NCBI GenBank assembly: GCA_002336675.1
Contig: DDEI01000053.1
Span: 2,459 to 63,126 of the forward strand
DNA length: 60,668 bases
Direction: 5' to 3'
Origin: Flavobacteriales bacterium UBA1958
Lineage (GTDB): Bacteria; Bacteroidota; Bacteroidia; Flavobacteriales_D; Sanyastnellaceae
In this document: positions 7,315-16,629 of the stretch, piece by piece
Position numbering within the stretch: the first letter of the stretch is position 1
Layout of the letters: each line of letters starts with the position of its first letter
Position numbers and translations under genes: made by a program
Notes under the pieces: generated by a model
What the model saw: only the letters and a program-made list of their open reading frames with translations
Told to the model about the DNA's origin: nothing
The model's database searches: none

Positions 7315-10056
7315 ATGCAAGGTAAACCCGAAACAAAATTTCTTTTAACAGGTATATTTCTTTTTCTAGGAATAATTTCTTGGTCACAAGAAGTTATTCA
7401 TATCTATGGTGCAGTTAAAGAAATGGAGACGAGCCATAAATTAGAATCTGTTCTGATTCAGGTAACTCAGGACGGTAAAACTTTTGAGTCTTATACCACG
7501 TCAGGTAGTTCGAAATATGAACTTGACTTGCCTTTAGGTCATCTTTATGAGATTAATTTTTCTAAATCTGATTATGTCGGTAAGAAAATTCAAATTAACA
7601 CGAAGTATATTCCAGAAGAAGACCAAGAGGGAGGTTTTAAACTAGAGTTGGATATGTCTCTTTTTGTCTACATAGATGGATTTAATGAGTCCATATTAGA
7701 TGAGCCAATTGGTATTGCTGCATATGAAGCTGAAAGAAATTCTATTGAGTTTGATTTCGATTATACAAGGCAGATCATGAATAAGGTGGACGCTGAAAAT
7801 ATCAGGCTTCAAAAGTTAAACGAGGCAGAAAAAGAGAAAAGGAATAGGTTTGATTACCTAATGATTCAGGGAAGTGATGACCTAACCAAAGAGAAGTATA
7901 CCCAAGCCATAGGTAATTATACAGCAGCCTTGAATTTATTCCCAGATGAGGTTGAAGCTCAGGAGAAATTAGAAGAGGCTCAGGGACTACTCGTTTTACA
8001 CAGTAAAGATGTAGAGCTAGAAGCACAATACCTAGCAGTAATTAAAGATGGAAACGCTTTTATTACGGCTATGGATTATGAAGGAGCTATGACTAAGTTT
8101 CTAGAGGCTAAATCCTTAAAGCCAGGAGAGAAAGAGCCTAAAGATAAAATACGTGAGTTAGAAGGATTAATAGCTGAAGCAGAGAATAAAAAGAAGTTCG
8201 ATGCATTCATGGTTGCTGGAGATAATGCGATAAGCTCAAAGGAATACCAGTCTGCTGTCGATAACTTCAAATTAGCTCGAGAGATCATTTTTGATGATAA
8301 GGAAATGAAAAAGAAGCTAGCAGAAGCTCAAGAAAAATTAGATGCGCTTCTTTCTTTAGAAGATGCAGAAGAAGCTCAGCAGAAAAGATATGATGACATA
8401 ATAGCTAAAGCAGGGGCTTCTTTTTCAGGTAAATATTACGATTTATGTATAAGTCAATATAATCAAGCGTTAGAAATTTTTCCATCAGAAGAATATCCTG
8501 TTGAACAAATTAATTTAGCTCAAAAGAGAATAGAGGAGCTTGAACAAGAAAAATTAAAGAATGCAGAGGTAAATGCAGGTAATGAGTTAGATGCCGAATA
8601 CCAAAACTTCATAGATAAAGGGAACAACTTGTTTACATCAAAAGAACTAACGGCAGCAAAAAAAGCTTATGAAAGTGCTCTGAATGTTAAACCAAATGAA
8701 AAGTATCCGAATCAAAGAATAAAAAGGATTGACGAGTTGTTAGCCGACCAAGAAACGGAAGCTCAGGAGGCTTTGGACAATGCTGATGCAGAGACTAAAG
8801 AGAAGGATAGGTTAGCCTGGCTTGAAAGAGAAAAACAATTAAAAGAGGCTGCTGCTGACGAAGAAAAAAGAAAATTGGAAAAAGAGTTGGTTGATAAAGA
8901 GAGGCTCCTAGCAGAAGCAAGAAGAAAAAAGGAAGCGGTAGATGATGCTAGAAGAAATTTATCCATTAACATAGATACCGAAGCAGAAAGACAAGCAGAA
9001 GAGTTTTACAAGCAAGAAAAACTAGATGCTGTCAAAGAAAAAAATTCTGTAACTCAACAACAGAAAGATGCCTACACAGCTTGGCTAAAAGATAAAGGAG
9101 CCAATGCACAAGACATAGCTAAAGACGCTTCAACAGACATACAAGCTTCAAAAAACAGCATGAAAAAAATGTACGCTGATAATGAAAATGACCAAAAAGA
9201 TAAAAGAGAGAACTTTGACTCAGGAGAAAAGGATAATAATAGAAATCTACAAAAATCAGAAAATATAGCTCAAGAGCGCAGGATAGACGCTTCGTTTGAT
9301 TTAGAAGGTTTTAAGAGTGATAATGTTTCTAATGCTATTGAAAAGAATAGACAGGCAATTCTAGTGAATAAAGAAAAAGTGGATGACGACAAAAGAGAAC
9401 TAATAAAAGCAGAGAACAGGTACGAAGAAACAAGTGAGGTTTTAAGGAAAGACAATGAATACGAAGTAGATAGAGCAAAGGAAAGACTTGGGGAAAGTAA
9501 TAATGGTCAAGGAAGCTTAAGGCAAGAAGCTGAAAAAGCCAATAATGAAGTTAAGGCGGATAGAACAAAATCAGTAAAAGAGAATACCTATTTTCAAGAT
9601 GAAAGAATAATGGTCAACTCTGAAAAAATTAATAGTCAAAAGAGAGCTGAAGCCGATAAGAGAAGTAAGACAGAGAATTCTAGAAAAGGAAATGAAGACG
9701 AGGTAAGTGCAGTTAAGGAAGATATTAATTTGTTTCAGGATTCTAAGCAAGGAAATGCAGCTTTACAGCGCAGAATAGACAGAGAAGCTATTTTTAATGT
9801 TAAGATTGGTCAAGAAAAAGAGTACGATGATTATAACTCCGTTCAAGGAACAGAAGATTTAGCTGAGGGAGTAACTGAGAGAAGTTTCGAAATAAATCAA
9901 GGGAGAAAGCTTGTAATAGAAAGAACAGTAAAACTTGGTAATAAGATAGAGACATATTCCAAGGTTATAGATAAGAATAATACGTATTACTTTAAAAACA
10001 ATAAAAGCATAACTAAAAGTACTTGGAATAGAGAAACACTTTCTCTAGCAGACTAA
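7315..10056 (+). CDS. Large secreted or envelope protein: signal peptide, TPR-like repeats, long K/E-rich coiled-coil region
   Basis: 913 aa. N-terminal signal-like FLLTGIFLFLGIISWSQ. At least five repeats of the Y..A...Y..AL...P type between about aa 190 and 470, then about 350 aa of highly charged sequence. Confidence 0.6.
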   Translation: MQGKPETKFLLTGIFLFLGIISWSQEVIHIYGAVKEMETSHKLESVLIQVTQDGKTFESYTTSGSSKYELDLPLGHLYEINFSKSDYVGKKIQINTKYIPEEDQEGGFKLELDMSLFVYIDGFNESILDEPIGIAAYEAERNSIEFDFDYTRQIMNKVDAENIRLQKLNEAEKEKRNRFDYLMIQGSDDLTKEKYTQAIGNYTAALNLFPDEVEAQEKLEEAQGLLVLHSKDVELEAQYLAVIKDGNAFITAMDYEGAMTKFLEAKSLKPGEKEPKDKIRELEGLIAEAENKKKFDAFMVAGDNAISSKEYQSAVDNFKLAREIIFDDKEMKKKLAEAQEKLDALLSLEDAEEAQQKRYDDIIAKAGASFSGKYYDLCISQYNQALEIFPSEEYPVEQINLAQKRIEELEQEKLKNAEVNAGNELDAEYQNFIDKGNNLFTSKELTAAKKAYESALNVKPNEKYPNQRIKRIDELLADQETEAQEALDNADAETKEKDRLAWLEREKQLKEAAADEEKRKLEKELVDKERLLAEARRKKEAVDDARRNLSINIDTEAERQAEEFYKQEKLDAVKEKNSVTQQQKDAYTAWLKDKGANAQDIAKDASTDIQASKNSMKKMYADNENDQKDKRENFDSGEKDNNRNLQKSENIAQERRIDASFDLEGFKSDNVSNAIEKNRQAILVNKEKVDDDKRELIKAENRYEETSEVLRKDNEYEVDRAKERLGESNNGQGSLRQEAEKANNEVKADRTKSVKENTYFQDERIMVNSEKINSQKRAEADKRSKTENSRKGNEDEVSAVKEDINLFQDSKQGNAALQRRIDREAIFNVKIGQEKEYDDYNSVQGTEDLAEGVTERSFEINQGRKLVIERTVKLGNKIETYSKVIDKNNTYYFKNNKSITKSTWNRETLSLAD

Positions 10057-10067
10057 TGCTTTGAGTG

Positions 10068-10625
10068 TTATTTGAATTTCTTGACTCCAGAATTAATAAG
10101 TTCTAACAGTAGTTTAGCATCTTTATCTTCTAATTGCATCCCGATTAACATGTGCCTTTTAGCAGAGTTAAATCCGATTTTTTCGGCTCCCATACTCCAG
10201 AAGTAGCTTTCGTAGCTCTTCTTAAAAGATTTCTCGCCATATTTTACTAACCCTAAATTAGAAATGCTATTTAGTTCTATCTTTTTTACTTTACCAATTC
10301 CAGCGTATGATTTTTTGTAGTTGAGTACTCCTTTTTGAATAACGATATCCTCACTTCCTGATACCCTCCAAATTAAAATCTGCATTGCCTTAAAAAGTAG
10401 ATAGAGCCAAAAACCTAAAAACGCGATTATAAATAGCTTTTGCTTTTCATCTTCAGAAATAAAATATTGGGAAACGAAGAAGAAGCCACAAATCACCCAA
10501 ACAGCCACCCATCCAAATATCAGCCCTTCTTTCCAGAGTTTAACTCGCTGATTTATGGAAATAGACATTTGATTAGAATCTCTGTTGAATTTAATTCTCT
10601 TTCCTATATTCTTACTTTCAGGCAT
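10068..10625 (-). CDS. Hypothetical membrane protein
   Basis: 185 aa with two hydrophobic segments (LIFGWVAVWVICGFFFV, LFIIAFLGFWLYLLF) followed by a soluble domain. Confidence 0.5.
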   Translation of the reverse strand: MPESKNIGKRIKFNRDSNQMSISINQRVKLWKEGLIFGWVAVWVICGFFFVSQYFISEDEKQKLFIIAFLGFWLYLLFKAMQILIWRVSGSEDIVIQKGVLNYKKSYAGIGKVKKIELNSISNLGLVKYGEKSFKKSYESYFWSMGAEKIGFNSAKRHMLIGMQLEDKDAKLLLELINSGVKKFK

Positions 10626-10710
10626 TCTTGTAATGATTAATGCTCACAAAATTAACCAAGTATTGTAGGCTAAAATGGTTTTATTTTGTATTTCTTAAAA
10701 TCAAAAGCGA

Positions 10711-12345
10711 ATGCAACGGATAATTTTAATTGGTGCTTTAGCCATCATAAGCTTCAGCCTTAACGGGCAGTTAGTTATAAATGAAGTCATGGCCAGAAAC
10801 GATAGTTTTTTAGCTGATGAGTTTGGTGAATATGATGATTGGATAGAAATTCACAACTCTTCTAATCAGGCCATAAATATAGCTGGTGGATACTTTACAG
10901 ATGACTTATCTAATACTACTTTACATCTAATTGAGTTTGGTGATGCAGACTTAACAACTATCCCTGCCAATGGATATAGAGTGTTTTGGGCAGACGGTAC
11001 TCCAGAACAAGGAGCTAACCATTTGGGCTTTTCGCTCAGTGCAGGAGGAGAGTCTATTGCTCTGGTTTTGTCAGACGGCGAGTTTATAGCTGATGCGGTG
11101 CAATTTGGAGATCAAGAAAATGATATCTCTTACGGTAGAGAAACAGACGGATCTATTCAGTTTCAGTTTTTTTCAGTTCCTACTCCCAATGCGACTAATC
11201 AGGTTATTACTCCCGAGTTACAAGAAATTCATATCAACGAAATACAACCTTTAAATTCAACTACTATAGCAGATGAAAGCGGAGTGTATGAGCCTTGGCT
11301 AGAGTTATACAATCCCAATTCGTATCAAGTGAATTTGGCGGGATATATCATAGATTTTAATGATGGAGAAGCTCAGTTTATTATAGAGAACACAAACCCT
11401 AATGCCTCAGTTATAGAGAGTGATAATCATAAGCTTTTTTGGTGTGATAATCAAAGTTTGGAGGGTCTACTACATACTAATTTTGAGCTGTCTGCTTCTG
11501 GATCTATTAAACTTTACTTTATAGATGGAGTAACTCTAATCGATGAGTTAATATATTCAACTATTCCTTTGGACGAAAGTTATGGAAGTGATGTAGATGG
11601 TTCTAGTAATTATATCGCTTTTGACATTCCTACTCCGGATGTCACTAATCAGTTGGAGGTAATATTTCCCGAAGAGTTATATTTAAATGAAATAATGGCT
11701 GTGAATGCTCTAGATACAACAGATAACCTCGGCGAGTATGAAGATTGGATTGAGATTTATAATCCGAATAATTTTCCTGTTGATTTATCTGGGTATCATT
11801 TAACGGATAACCTTGGTGGCGGTTCATGGGAGGTTCCGTCTACTTATCCAGATTCAGTTACTGTTCCTGCGCAAGGGTTTCTTCTTTTTTGGGCAGATAA
11901 CGATGAAGAGCAAGGTGTAAGGCATACTGATTTTAAACTTGGATCCTCAGGAGAAACATTGGTGCTGCTCTCTAGAGATAATTTCACTGTAGCGGACTCA
12001 GAGACATTCCCAGTCCAATCTGAGGATGTAAGCTGGGGAAGAGAAGAGGATGGAGAGGTTAATTGGATTTACTTTGTTCCAGAAGCTACTACACCCGAGT
12101 ATTCAAATCACGGAGCCCTATCCGTTTCTGATATGAAGAGACTTATACCATCATTTTATCCTAATCCTGCTGCGGAGAAAGTATATTTCAGTGAAGAAGT
12201 CGATAGTCTTGAGTTATTTACATTAGCCGGAGAATTGATATCTAAGTCACTTAATTGTAGTGAGTTGAGCTTGATGTGTTTGCCTGCGGGGTTATACTTT
12301 TTACGAGTGAATAGTTGTTCTACAGCTCTTCTAGAAAAACTATAG
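10711..12345 (+). CDS. Protein with three lamin-tail-domain (LTD) repeats and a T9SS type-A C-terminal sorting domain
   Basis: 544 aa with a signal peptide. Three repeats carry the LTD signature (LVINEVMA...YDDWIEIHN; IHINEIQP...YEPWLELYN; LYLNEIMA...YEDWIEIYN). The C-terminus, FYPNPAAEKVYF...LYFLRV, is CTD-like. Confidence 0.75.
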   Translation: MQRIILIGALAIISFSLNGQLVINEVMARNDSFLADEFGEYDDWIEIHNSSNQAINIAGGYFTDDLSNTTLHLIEFGDADLTTIPANGYRVFWADGTPEQGANHLGFSLSAGGESIALVLSDGEFIADAVQFGDQENDISYGRETDGSIQFQFFSVPTPNATNQVITPELQEIHINEIQPLNSTTIADESGVYEPWLELYNPNSYQVNLAGYIIDFNDGEAQFIIENTNPNASVIESDNHKLFWCDNQSLEGLLHTNFELSASGSIKLYFIDGVTLIDELIYSTIPLDESYGSDVDGSSNYIAFDIPTPDVTNQLEVIFPEELYLNEIMAVNALDTTDNLGEYEDWIEIYNPNNFPVDLSGYHLTDNLGGGSWEVPSTYPDSVTVPAQGFLLFWADNDEEQGVRHTDFKLGSSGETLVLLSRDNFTVADSETFPVQSEDVSWGREEDGEVNWIYFVPEATTPEYSNHGALSVSDMKRLIPSFYPNPAAEKVYFSEEVDSLELFTLAGELISKSLNCSELSLMCLPAGLYFLRVNSCSTALLEKL

Positions 12346-12433
12346 AGAGATAACATTAAAGTCACCCAGAGCCACCCCAGAAGGTTTTGTCTTAATTTTA
12401 GTCTCGATAGCGGATATTCTATTATAAAAAAAC

Positions 12434-12441
12434 TACTTTTG
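12434..12441 (+). promoter_or_regulatory. -7 promoter box (TAnnTTTG) upstream of rpsA
   Basis: TACTTTTG lies about 94 nt before the ATG at 12535, implying a long 5' leader. Confidence 0.4.
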
Positions 12442-12534
12442 CGCTCCCTTAAAAATTAAGGAAACTTATAGCGGAAATAAGTTATTTAACTCTTCTAGAT
12501 CGCCGTAGTCTAGGATACAATTTTAAAAGCCCAA

Positions 12535-14973
12535 ATGGCTAAAGAAAACAAAAGCGTAGAAAAACAGGACGAAAACCCTGTAAAATCTGCGCAAGAGACT
12601 CCTCAAGCAGCAGAATCCGCTGCAGAAAACAAAGTAAAAGTTGAAGAAGTAACAGAAGTGGTTAAAGAAACTGAAGTTGCTGAAGCTTTAGTTGCTGAAG
12701 CTGCTGTTGAAGAAGCTGTAGTGACTGAAGACGCACCTACTGAAAAGCCGAAAATGGAAGCCGATGACTCAGCTACTAAGATGGTTGGTGAAGGTGACAC
12801 TGCTGTATTCGAATTCAATAGCCCTGCTGAATCATTTGATTGGGATGCTACTGATAATTCTGTAGCAGCATATTCTAAGGATGATTATTCTGCATTAGAA
12901 AACACTTATGCAGGAACTATATCAGAACTTATTGAAAAATCTGTAATTACTGGTGTTATTGTAGACATAGGTAAAAAAGAAATAGTAGTAAATATTGGTT
13001 CAAAATCAGAAGGAGTAGTTCAGGCATCTGAGTTCAGGTATAATTCTGAATTAAAAATAGGTGATGAAGTGCCTATTTTCGTGGAACAACAAGAAGATAG
13101 AAACGGTCAATTAGTTGTTTCTCACAAAACAGCAAGACTTCATAGTGCTTGGGATAGAATTAACGGAGCATTAGAAAATGGCGATATTTTAAAAGGATTA
13201 GTCAAAAGTAGAACTAAAGGTGGGCTGATAGTAGATGTATTTGGGCTTGAAGCATTCTTACCGGGTTCTCAGATTGATGTTAAGCCCATTAGAGATTATG
13301 ACGTTTACGTAGGTAAGCAGATGGAATTCAAAGTGGTTAAAATCAACCACGAGTTCAAAAACGTAGTAGTTTCTCATAAAGCACTAATAGAGGCAGAATT
13401 AGAAGAACAAAAGAAACAAATTATAGGAGGTCTAGAGAAAGGTCAAGTATTAGAAGGTCAAGTGAAGAACATCACATCTTATGGAGTATTTATCGATTTA
13501 GGTGGTATAGATGGTCTTGTTCACATTACTGATTTAAGCTGGGGTAGAATTAATCACCCAGAGGAGATCGTAGAATTGGACCAGAAATTAAATGTTGTAA
13601 TCTTAGACTTCGATGATGATAAGAAAAGAATTGCATTAGGTCTGAAGCAATTATCTGCGCATCCCTGGGAGGCGTTAGACGAAAACATGAACGTTGGAGA
13701 CAAGGTTAATGGAAAAGTAGTTGTTCTAGCGGATTATGGAGCGTTTATAGAAATAGCTGCAGGAGTAGAAGGTTTAGTTCACGTTAGTGAAATGAGCTGG
13801 AGTCAACATTTAAGAAGTGCTCAAGACTTCCTGAAGGTCGGAGACGCAGTGGAGACTGTAATCTTAACTCTTGATAGAGAAGAAAGAAAAATGTCATTGG
13901 GTATTAAACAATTGGTTCCAGACCCATGGGCTGATATTGAGTCTAAGTATCCTGTAGAGAGTAAGCATACTGCCAAAGTGAAAAACTTTACTAATTTCGG
14001 AGTATTTGTGGAGCTAGAAGAAGGAATAGATGGATTGATTCATATTTCAGACTTATCATGGTCTAAAAAAATCAAACATCCTTCTGAATTCTGTGTTGTA
14101 GACCAGGAATTAGAGGTAGTAGTACTTGAGTTAGATAAAGAAAACAGAAGGCTTAGTTTAGGTCACAAACAATTAGAAGAAAACCCTTGGGATGTATTCG
14201 AAACTGTTTTCTCTAATGGATCTGCGCATCAAGGGACTATAGTTAGAAAAGAAGGAAGTCAATTTATAGTTGCTTTACCATACGGTGTAGAAGGGTATGT
14301 AACAGCTAAGCAATTGAAGAAAGAAGATGGTTCTCAAGCAGACCTTGATGAAACTCTTGATTTTATTGTAACTGATTTCAATAAGAACGCTAAAAGAATA
14401 GCAGTGTCTCATGTGAGAACTTATTCAGCAGAGGAAGAAGCTCCAGTTAGAGATGACAAAAGAAGCAAAACCAATGCAGGAGGAGGAAACAAAAAGACAA
14501 ATGCTGCATTAGCTCGAGTAAATGATAAAATAGAAAAATCGACTCTAGGTGATTTAGGTGTTCTTGCTAGTCTGAAAGCTGAAATGGAAAGTGGAAATAC
14601 AGGTTCAAAAAAGCTACCTGCTGCTAAGAAAGCTCCTGCGAAAGAGGCTGCTCCTGCGAAAGAAGCTGCTCCTGTGAAAAAGGCCCCTGTGAAAAAGGCT
14701 GCTGTGAAAAAAGCTGCTGCTAAATCAGGTGCTGATGACTTGAAGAAAATCGAAGGAATAGGACCTAAGATAGCTTCTACGCTAGCTGAAGCAGGAATCG
14801 ATACCTTTAATAAGTTGTCTGACAGTGCTGCTGAGAAAATCTCTGAGATTATTTCAGGAGTAAGAGGAAACCACGTAACTGAAACATGGCCTGCTCAAGC
14901 TAAAATGGCTGCAGAAGGTAAATGGGATGAGTTAAAGAAGTGGCAAGATGAACTCGACGGTGGTAAGGCATAA
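12535..14973 (+). CDS. rpsA: 30S ribosomal protein S1 with N- and C-terminal extensions
   Basis: 812 aa. Six S1/OB motifs, e.g. GQVKNITSYGVFIDLGGIDGLVHITDLSW, GKVVVLADYGAFIEIAAGVEGLVHVSEMSW, AKVKNFTNFGVFVELEEGIDGLIHISDLSW. About 115 aa of acidic N-terminal extension. The C-terminus has an A/K/P-rich linker plus an IEGIGPKIASTLAEAGI helix-hairpin-helix. Confidence 0.9.
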   Translation: MAKENKSVEKQDENPVKSAQETPQAAESAAENKVKVEEVTEVVKETEVAEALVAEAAVEEAVVTEDAPTEKPKMEADDSATKMVGEGDTAVFEFNSPAESFDWDATDNSVAAYSKDDYSALENTYAGTISELIEKSVITGVIVDIGKKEIVVNIGSKSEGVVQASEFRYNSELKIGDEVPIFVEQQEDRNGQLVVSHKTARLHSAWDRINGALENGDILKGLVKSRTKGGLIVDVFGLEAFLPGSQIDVKPIRDYDVYVGKQMEFKVVKINHEFKNVVVSHKALIEAELEEQKKQIIGGLEKGQVLEGQVKNITSYGVFIDLGGIDGLVHITDLSWGRINHPEEIVELDQKLNVVILDFDDDKKRIALGLKQLSAHPWEALDENMNVGDKVNGKVVVLADYGAFIEIAAGVEGLVHVSEMSWSQHLRSAQDFLKVGDAVETVILTLDREERKMSLGIKQLVPDPWADIESKYPVESKHTAKVKNFTNFGVFVELEEGIDGLIHISDLSWSKKIKHPSEFCVVDQELEVVVLELDKENRRLSLGHKQLEENPWDVFETVFSNGSAHQGTIVRKEGSQFIVALPYGVEGYVTAKQLKKEDGSQADLDETLDFIVTDFNKNAKRIAVSHVRTYSAEEEAPVRDDKRSKTNAGGGNKKTNAALARVNDKIEKSTLGDLGVLASLKAEMESGNTGSKKLPAAKKAPAKEAAPAKEAAPVKKAPVKKAAVKKAAAKSGADDLKKIEGIGPKIASTLAEAGIDTFNKLSDSAAEKISEIISGVRGNHVTETWPAQAKMAAEGKWDELKKWQDELDGGKA
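14615..14723 (+). repeat. Coding low-complexity tandem repeat (Ala/Lys/Pro linker) inside rpsA
   Basis: Reiterated gct-cct-gcg-aaa-ga(g/a)-gct and gtg-aaa-aag-gc units encoding PAAKKAPAKEAAPAKEAAPVKKAPVKKAAVKKAAAK. Confidence 0.6.
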
Positions 14974-14996
14974 AGCTTAAGTCACAAAATATATTT

Positions 14997-15028
14997 AAAA
15001 TCCCGCTATTTATAGCGGGATTTTTTTT
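14997..15028 (+). terminator. Rho-independent terminator after rpsA
   Basis: An 8-bp stem, tcccgcta/tagcggga (15001-15008 and 15013-15020), with a 4-nt loop, followed by T8 (15021-15028). Confidence 0.7.
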
Positions 15029-15077
15029 GAGAAAAAATTAGAGGCTTGAAGTTTCCTTTAGCTTCTTTAATCTGCTT

Positions 15078-15085
15078 TATATTTG
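15078..15085 (+). promoter_or_regulatory. -7 promoter box (TAnnTTTG) upstream of pyrR
   Basis: TATATTTG ends 8 nt before the ATG at 15094, so the leader would be very short or absent. Confidence 0.4.
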
Positions 15086-15093
15086 CACCACTG

Positions 15094-15642
15094 ATGAAGC
15101 CAAAAACACTTTTAGATAAAAAATTATTTGAATTAATCATAAACAGACTTTGTTATGAGCTCATAGAGAATCATGATGATTTCATAAACACTGTTATAAT
15201 AGGAATACAGCCCAGAGGTGTCGTGCTAGCAGAGCTTATTTATCGGCGGTTGAAAAAAATAGCTCCCAAAATTGCGTTGCAATATGGGGCCTTGGACATT
15301 ACCTTTTTTAGAGATGACTTTAGAAGGAGAGAAGATCCAGTACTGGCGAATACGACTAAAATAGATTTTTTAATAGAAGGAAAAAGAGTGATTCTAGTGG
15401 ATGATGTACTTTTCACGGGAAGAACCATCAGATCTGCGTTTGATGCACTTCTAGCTTTCGGTAGACCTGATGCTATTGAATTATTAGTTCTTATAGAACG
15501 AAGGTTCTCTCTTCAGGTACCAGTAAACCCTAAATATGTAGGTAAATCAGTAGATTCTATAGCTAGCCAAAGGGTTCTAGTAAAGTGGAAGATAGATGGA
15601 GAACCAGATAAAGTAATTTTACACACGTCAACGGATGAATAA
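15094..15642 (+). CDS. pyrR: Bifunctional pyrimidine operon regulator / uracil phosphoribosyltransferase PyrR
   Basis: PRPP-binding motif VILVDDVLFTGRTIRSA. I prefer the ATG at 15094 (MKPKTLLDKK...) over the track's TTG at 15046, because the TAnnTTTG box lies inside the longer ORF. Overlaps pyrB by 8 nt. Confidence 0.85.
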   Translation: MKPKTLLDKKLFELIINRLCYELIENHDDFINTVIIGIQPRGVVLAELIYRRLKKIAPKIALQYGALDITFFRDDFRRREDPVLANTTKIDFLIEGKRVILVDDVLFTGRTIRSAFDALLAFGRPDAIELLVLIERRFSLQVPVNPKYVGKSVDSIASQRVLVKWKIDGEPDKVILHTSTDE

Positions 15643-16582
15643 CTCACTTAGTGTAAGACATCTGCTCGGAATTAAGCAGCTTACGCCAGAAGATATACAG
15701 CTGATTTTTCATCATGCCGAAAAATTCAAGAAGGTAATTAATCAGCCTATTAAGAAAGTACCTTCTTTAAGAGATATAACTATAGCTAACCTTTTCTTTG
15801 AAAATTCGACTCGTACCAAACTGAGTTTTGAGTTGGCTGAGAAAAGATTGAGTGCTGATATAGTCAATTTCAGCTCATCTGGCTCATCGGTAAAAAAAGG
15901 AGAAACATTGATAGATACAGTCAATAATATCCTTAGCATGAAAATAGATATGGTGGTCATGCGTCACTCTAGTCCTGGTGCTCCTCATTTTCTTAAAGAA
16001 AATACGAATACTGTTATTGTAAATGCTGGAGATGGGACTCATGAGCACCCTACTCAAGGCTTATTAGATTCTTTTTCTATCAGAGAGAAAATTGGAGATT
16101 TAAAAGGTAAGAAAGTAGCTATTGTGGGAGATATTAAGCATTCCAGAGTTGCGTTGTCTAACATATTCTGCCTACAAAAGCAAGGGGCCGAAGTTATGGT
16201 TTGTGGTCCGGCTACTCTGATACCTCGGAATATAAAAGAATTAGGTGTACAGGTGGAATATGATTTGGTAAAAGCTGTAGAATGGGCAGATGCCGTCAAT
16301 ATGCTAAGAATTCAGATTGAACGTCAAGCAAGTTCTGATAAAGAAGTACCAAACTTCCCTAGTTTAAGGGAGTACAGTAACCTCTACCAGTTGAACAATG
16401 AGGTCCTTATAAAGGCGAAGAACAACCCGTTAATACTTCATCCTGGCCCTATTAACAGAGGAGTAGAAATCACGACGGAGTTGGCCGATGGTGAGCAGTC
16501 CCTAGTGTTGCAGCAAGTAGAAAATGGAGTGGCTATAAGAATGGCTGTAATTTACTTGTTAGCAAGTCACATAAAACGATAG
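15635..16582 (+). CDS. pyrB: Aspartate carbamoyltransferase catalytic subunit
   Basis: 315 aa with ENSTRTKLSFE, HEHPTQGLLD and LHPGPINRG, the classical ATCase motifs. Confidence 0.9.
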   Translation: MNNSLSVRHLLGIKQLTPEDIQLIFHHAEKFKKVINQPIKKVPSLRDITIANLFFENSTRTKLSFELAEKRLSADIVNFSSSGSSVKKGETLIDTVNNILSMKIDMVVMRHSSPGAPHFLKENTNTVIVNAGDGTHEHPTQGLLDSFSIREKIGDLKGKKVAIVGDIKHSRVALSNIFCLQKQGAEVMVCGPATLIPRNIKELGVQVEYDLVKAVEWADAVNMLRIQIERQASSDKEVPNFPSLREYSNLYQLNNEVLIKAKNNPLILHPGPINRGVEITTELADGEQSLVLQQVENGVAIRMAVIYLLASHIKR

Positions 16583-16602
16583 ACTCTAAACAGAAAAAAG
16601 CG

Positions 16603-16610
16603 TATTTTTG
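16603..16610 (+). promoter_or_regulatory. -7 promoter box (TAnnTTTG) upstream of the STAS gene
   Basis: TATTTTTG lies 20 nt before the ATG at 16630. Confidence 0.4.
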
Positions 16611-16629
16611 AAGCAAACATTCCTATTAA

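Noticed and set aside
14615-14723. Short tandem DNA repeats that might look like a repeat array
   Set aside because: They are in frame inside rpsA and encode an Ala/Lys/Pro linker, with no spacer/repeat architecture. This is not a CRISPR array or a non-coding repeat element.
15029-15060. AGAGGCT sequence (15040-15046) upstream of pyrR, reminiscent of the PyrR-binding loop (..CCAGAGAGGCU..) used for attenuation in Firmicutes
   Set aside because: Only a 7-nt partial match. It lies downstream of the only terminator hairpin and upstream of the predicted pyrR promoter box, so the geometry is wrong for a PyrR attenuator.
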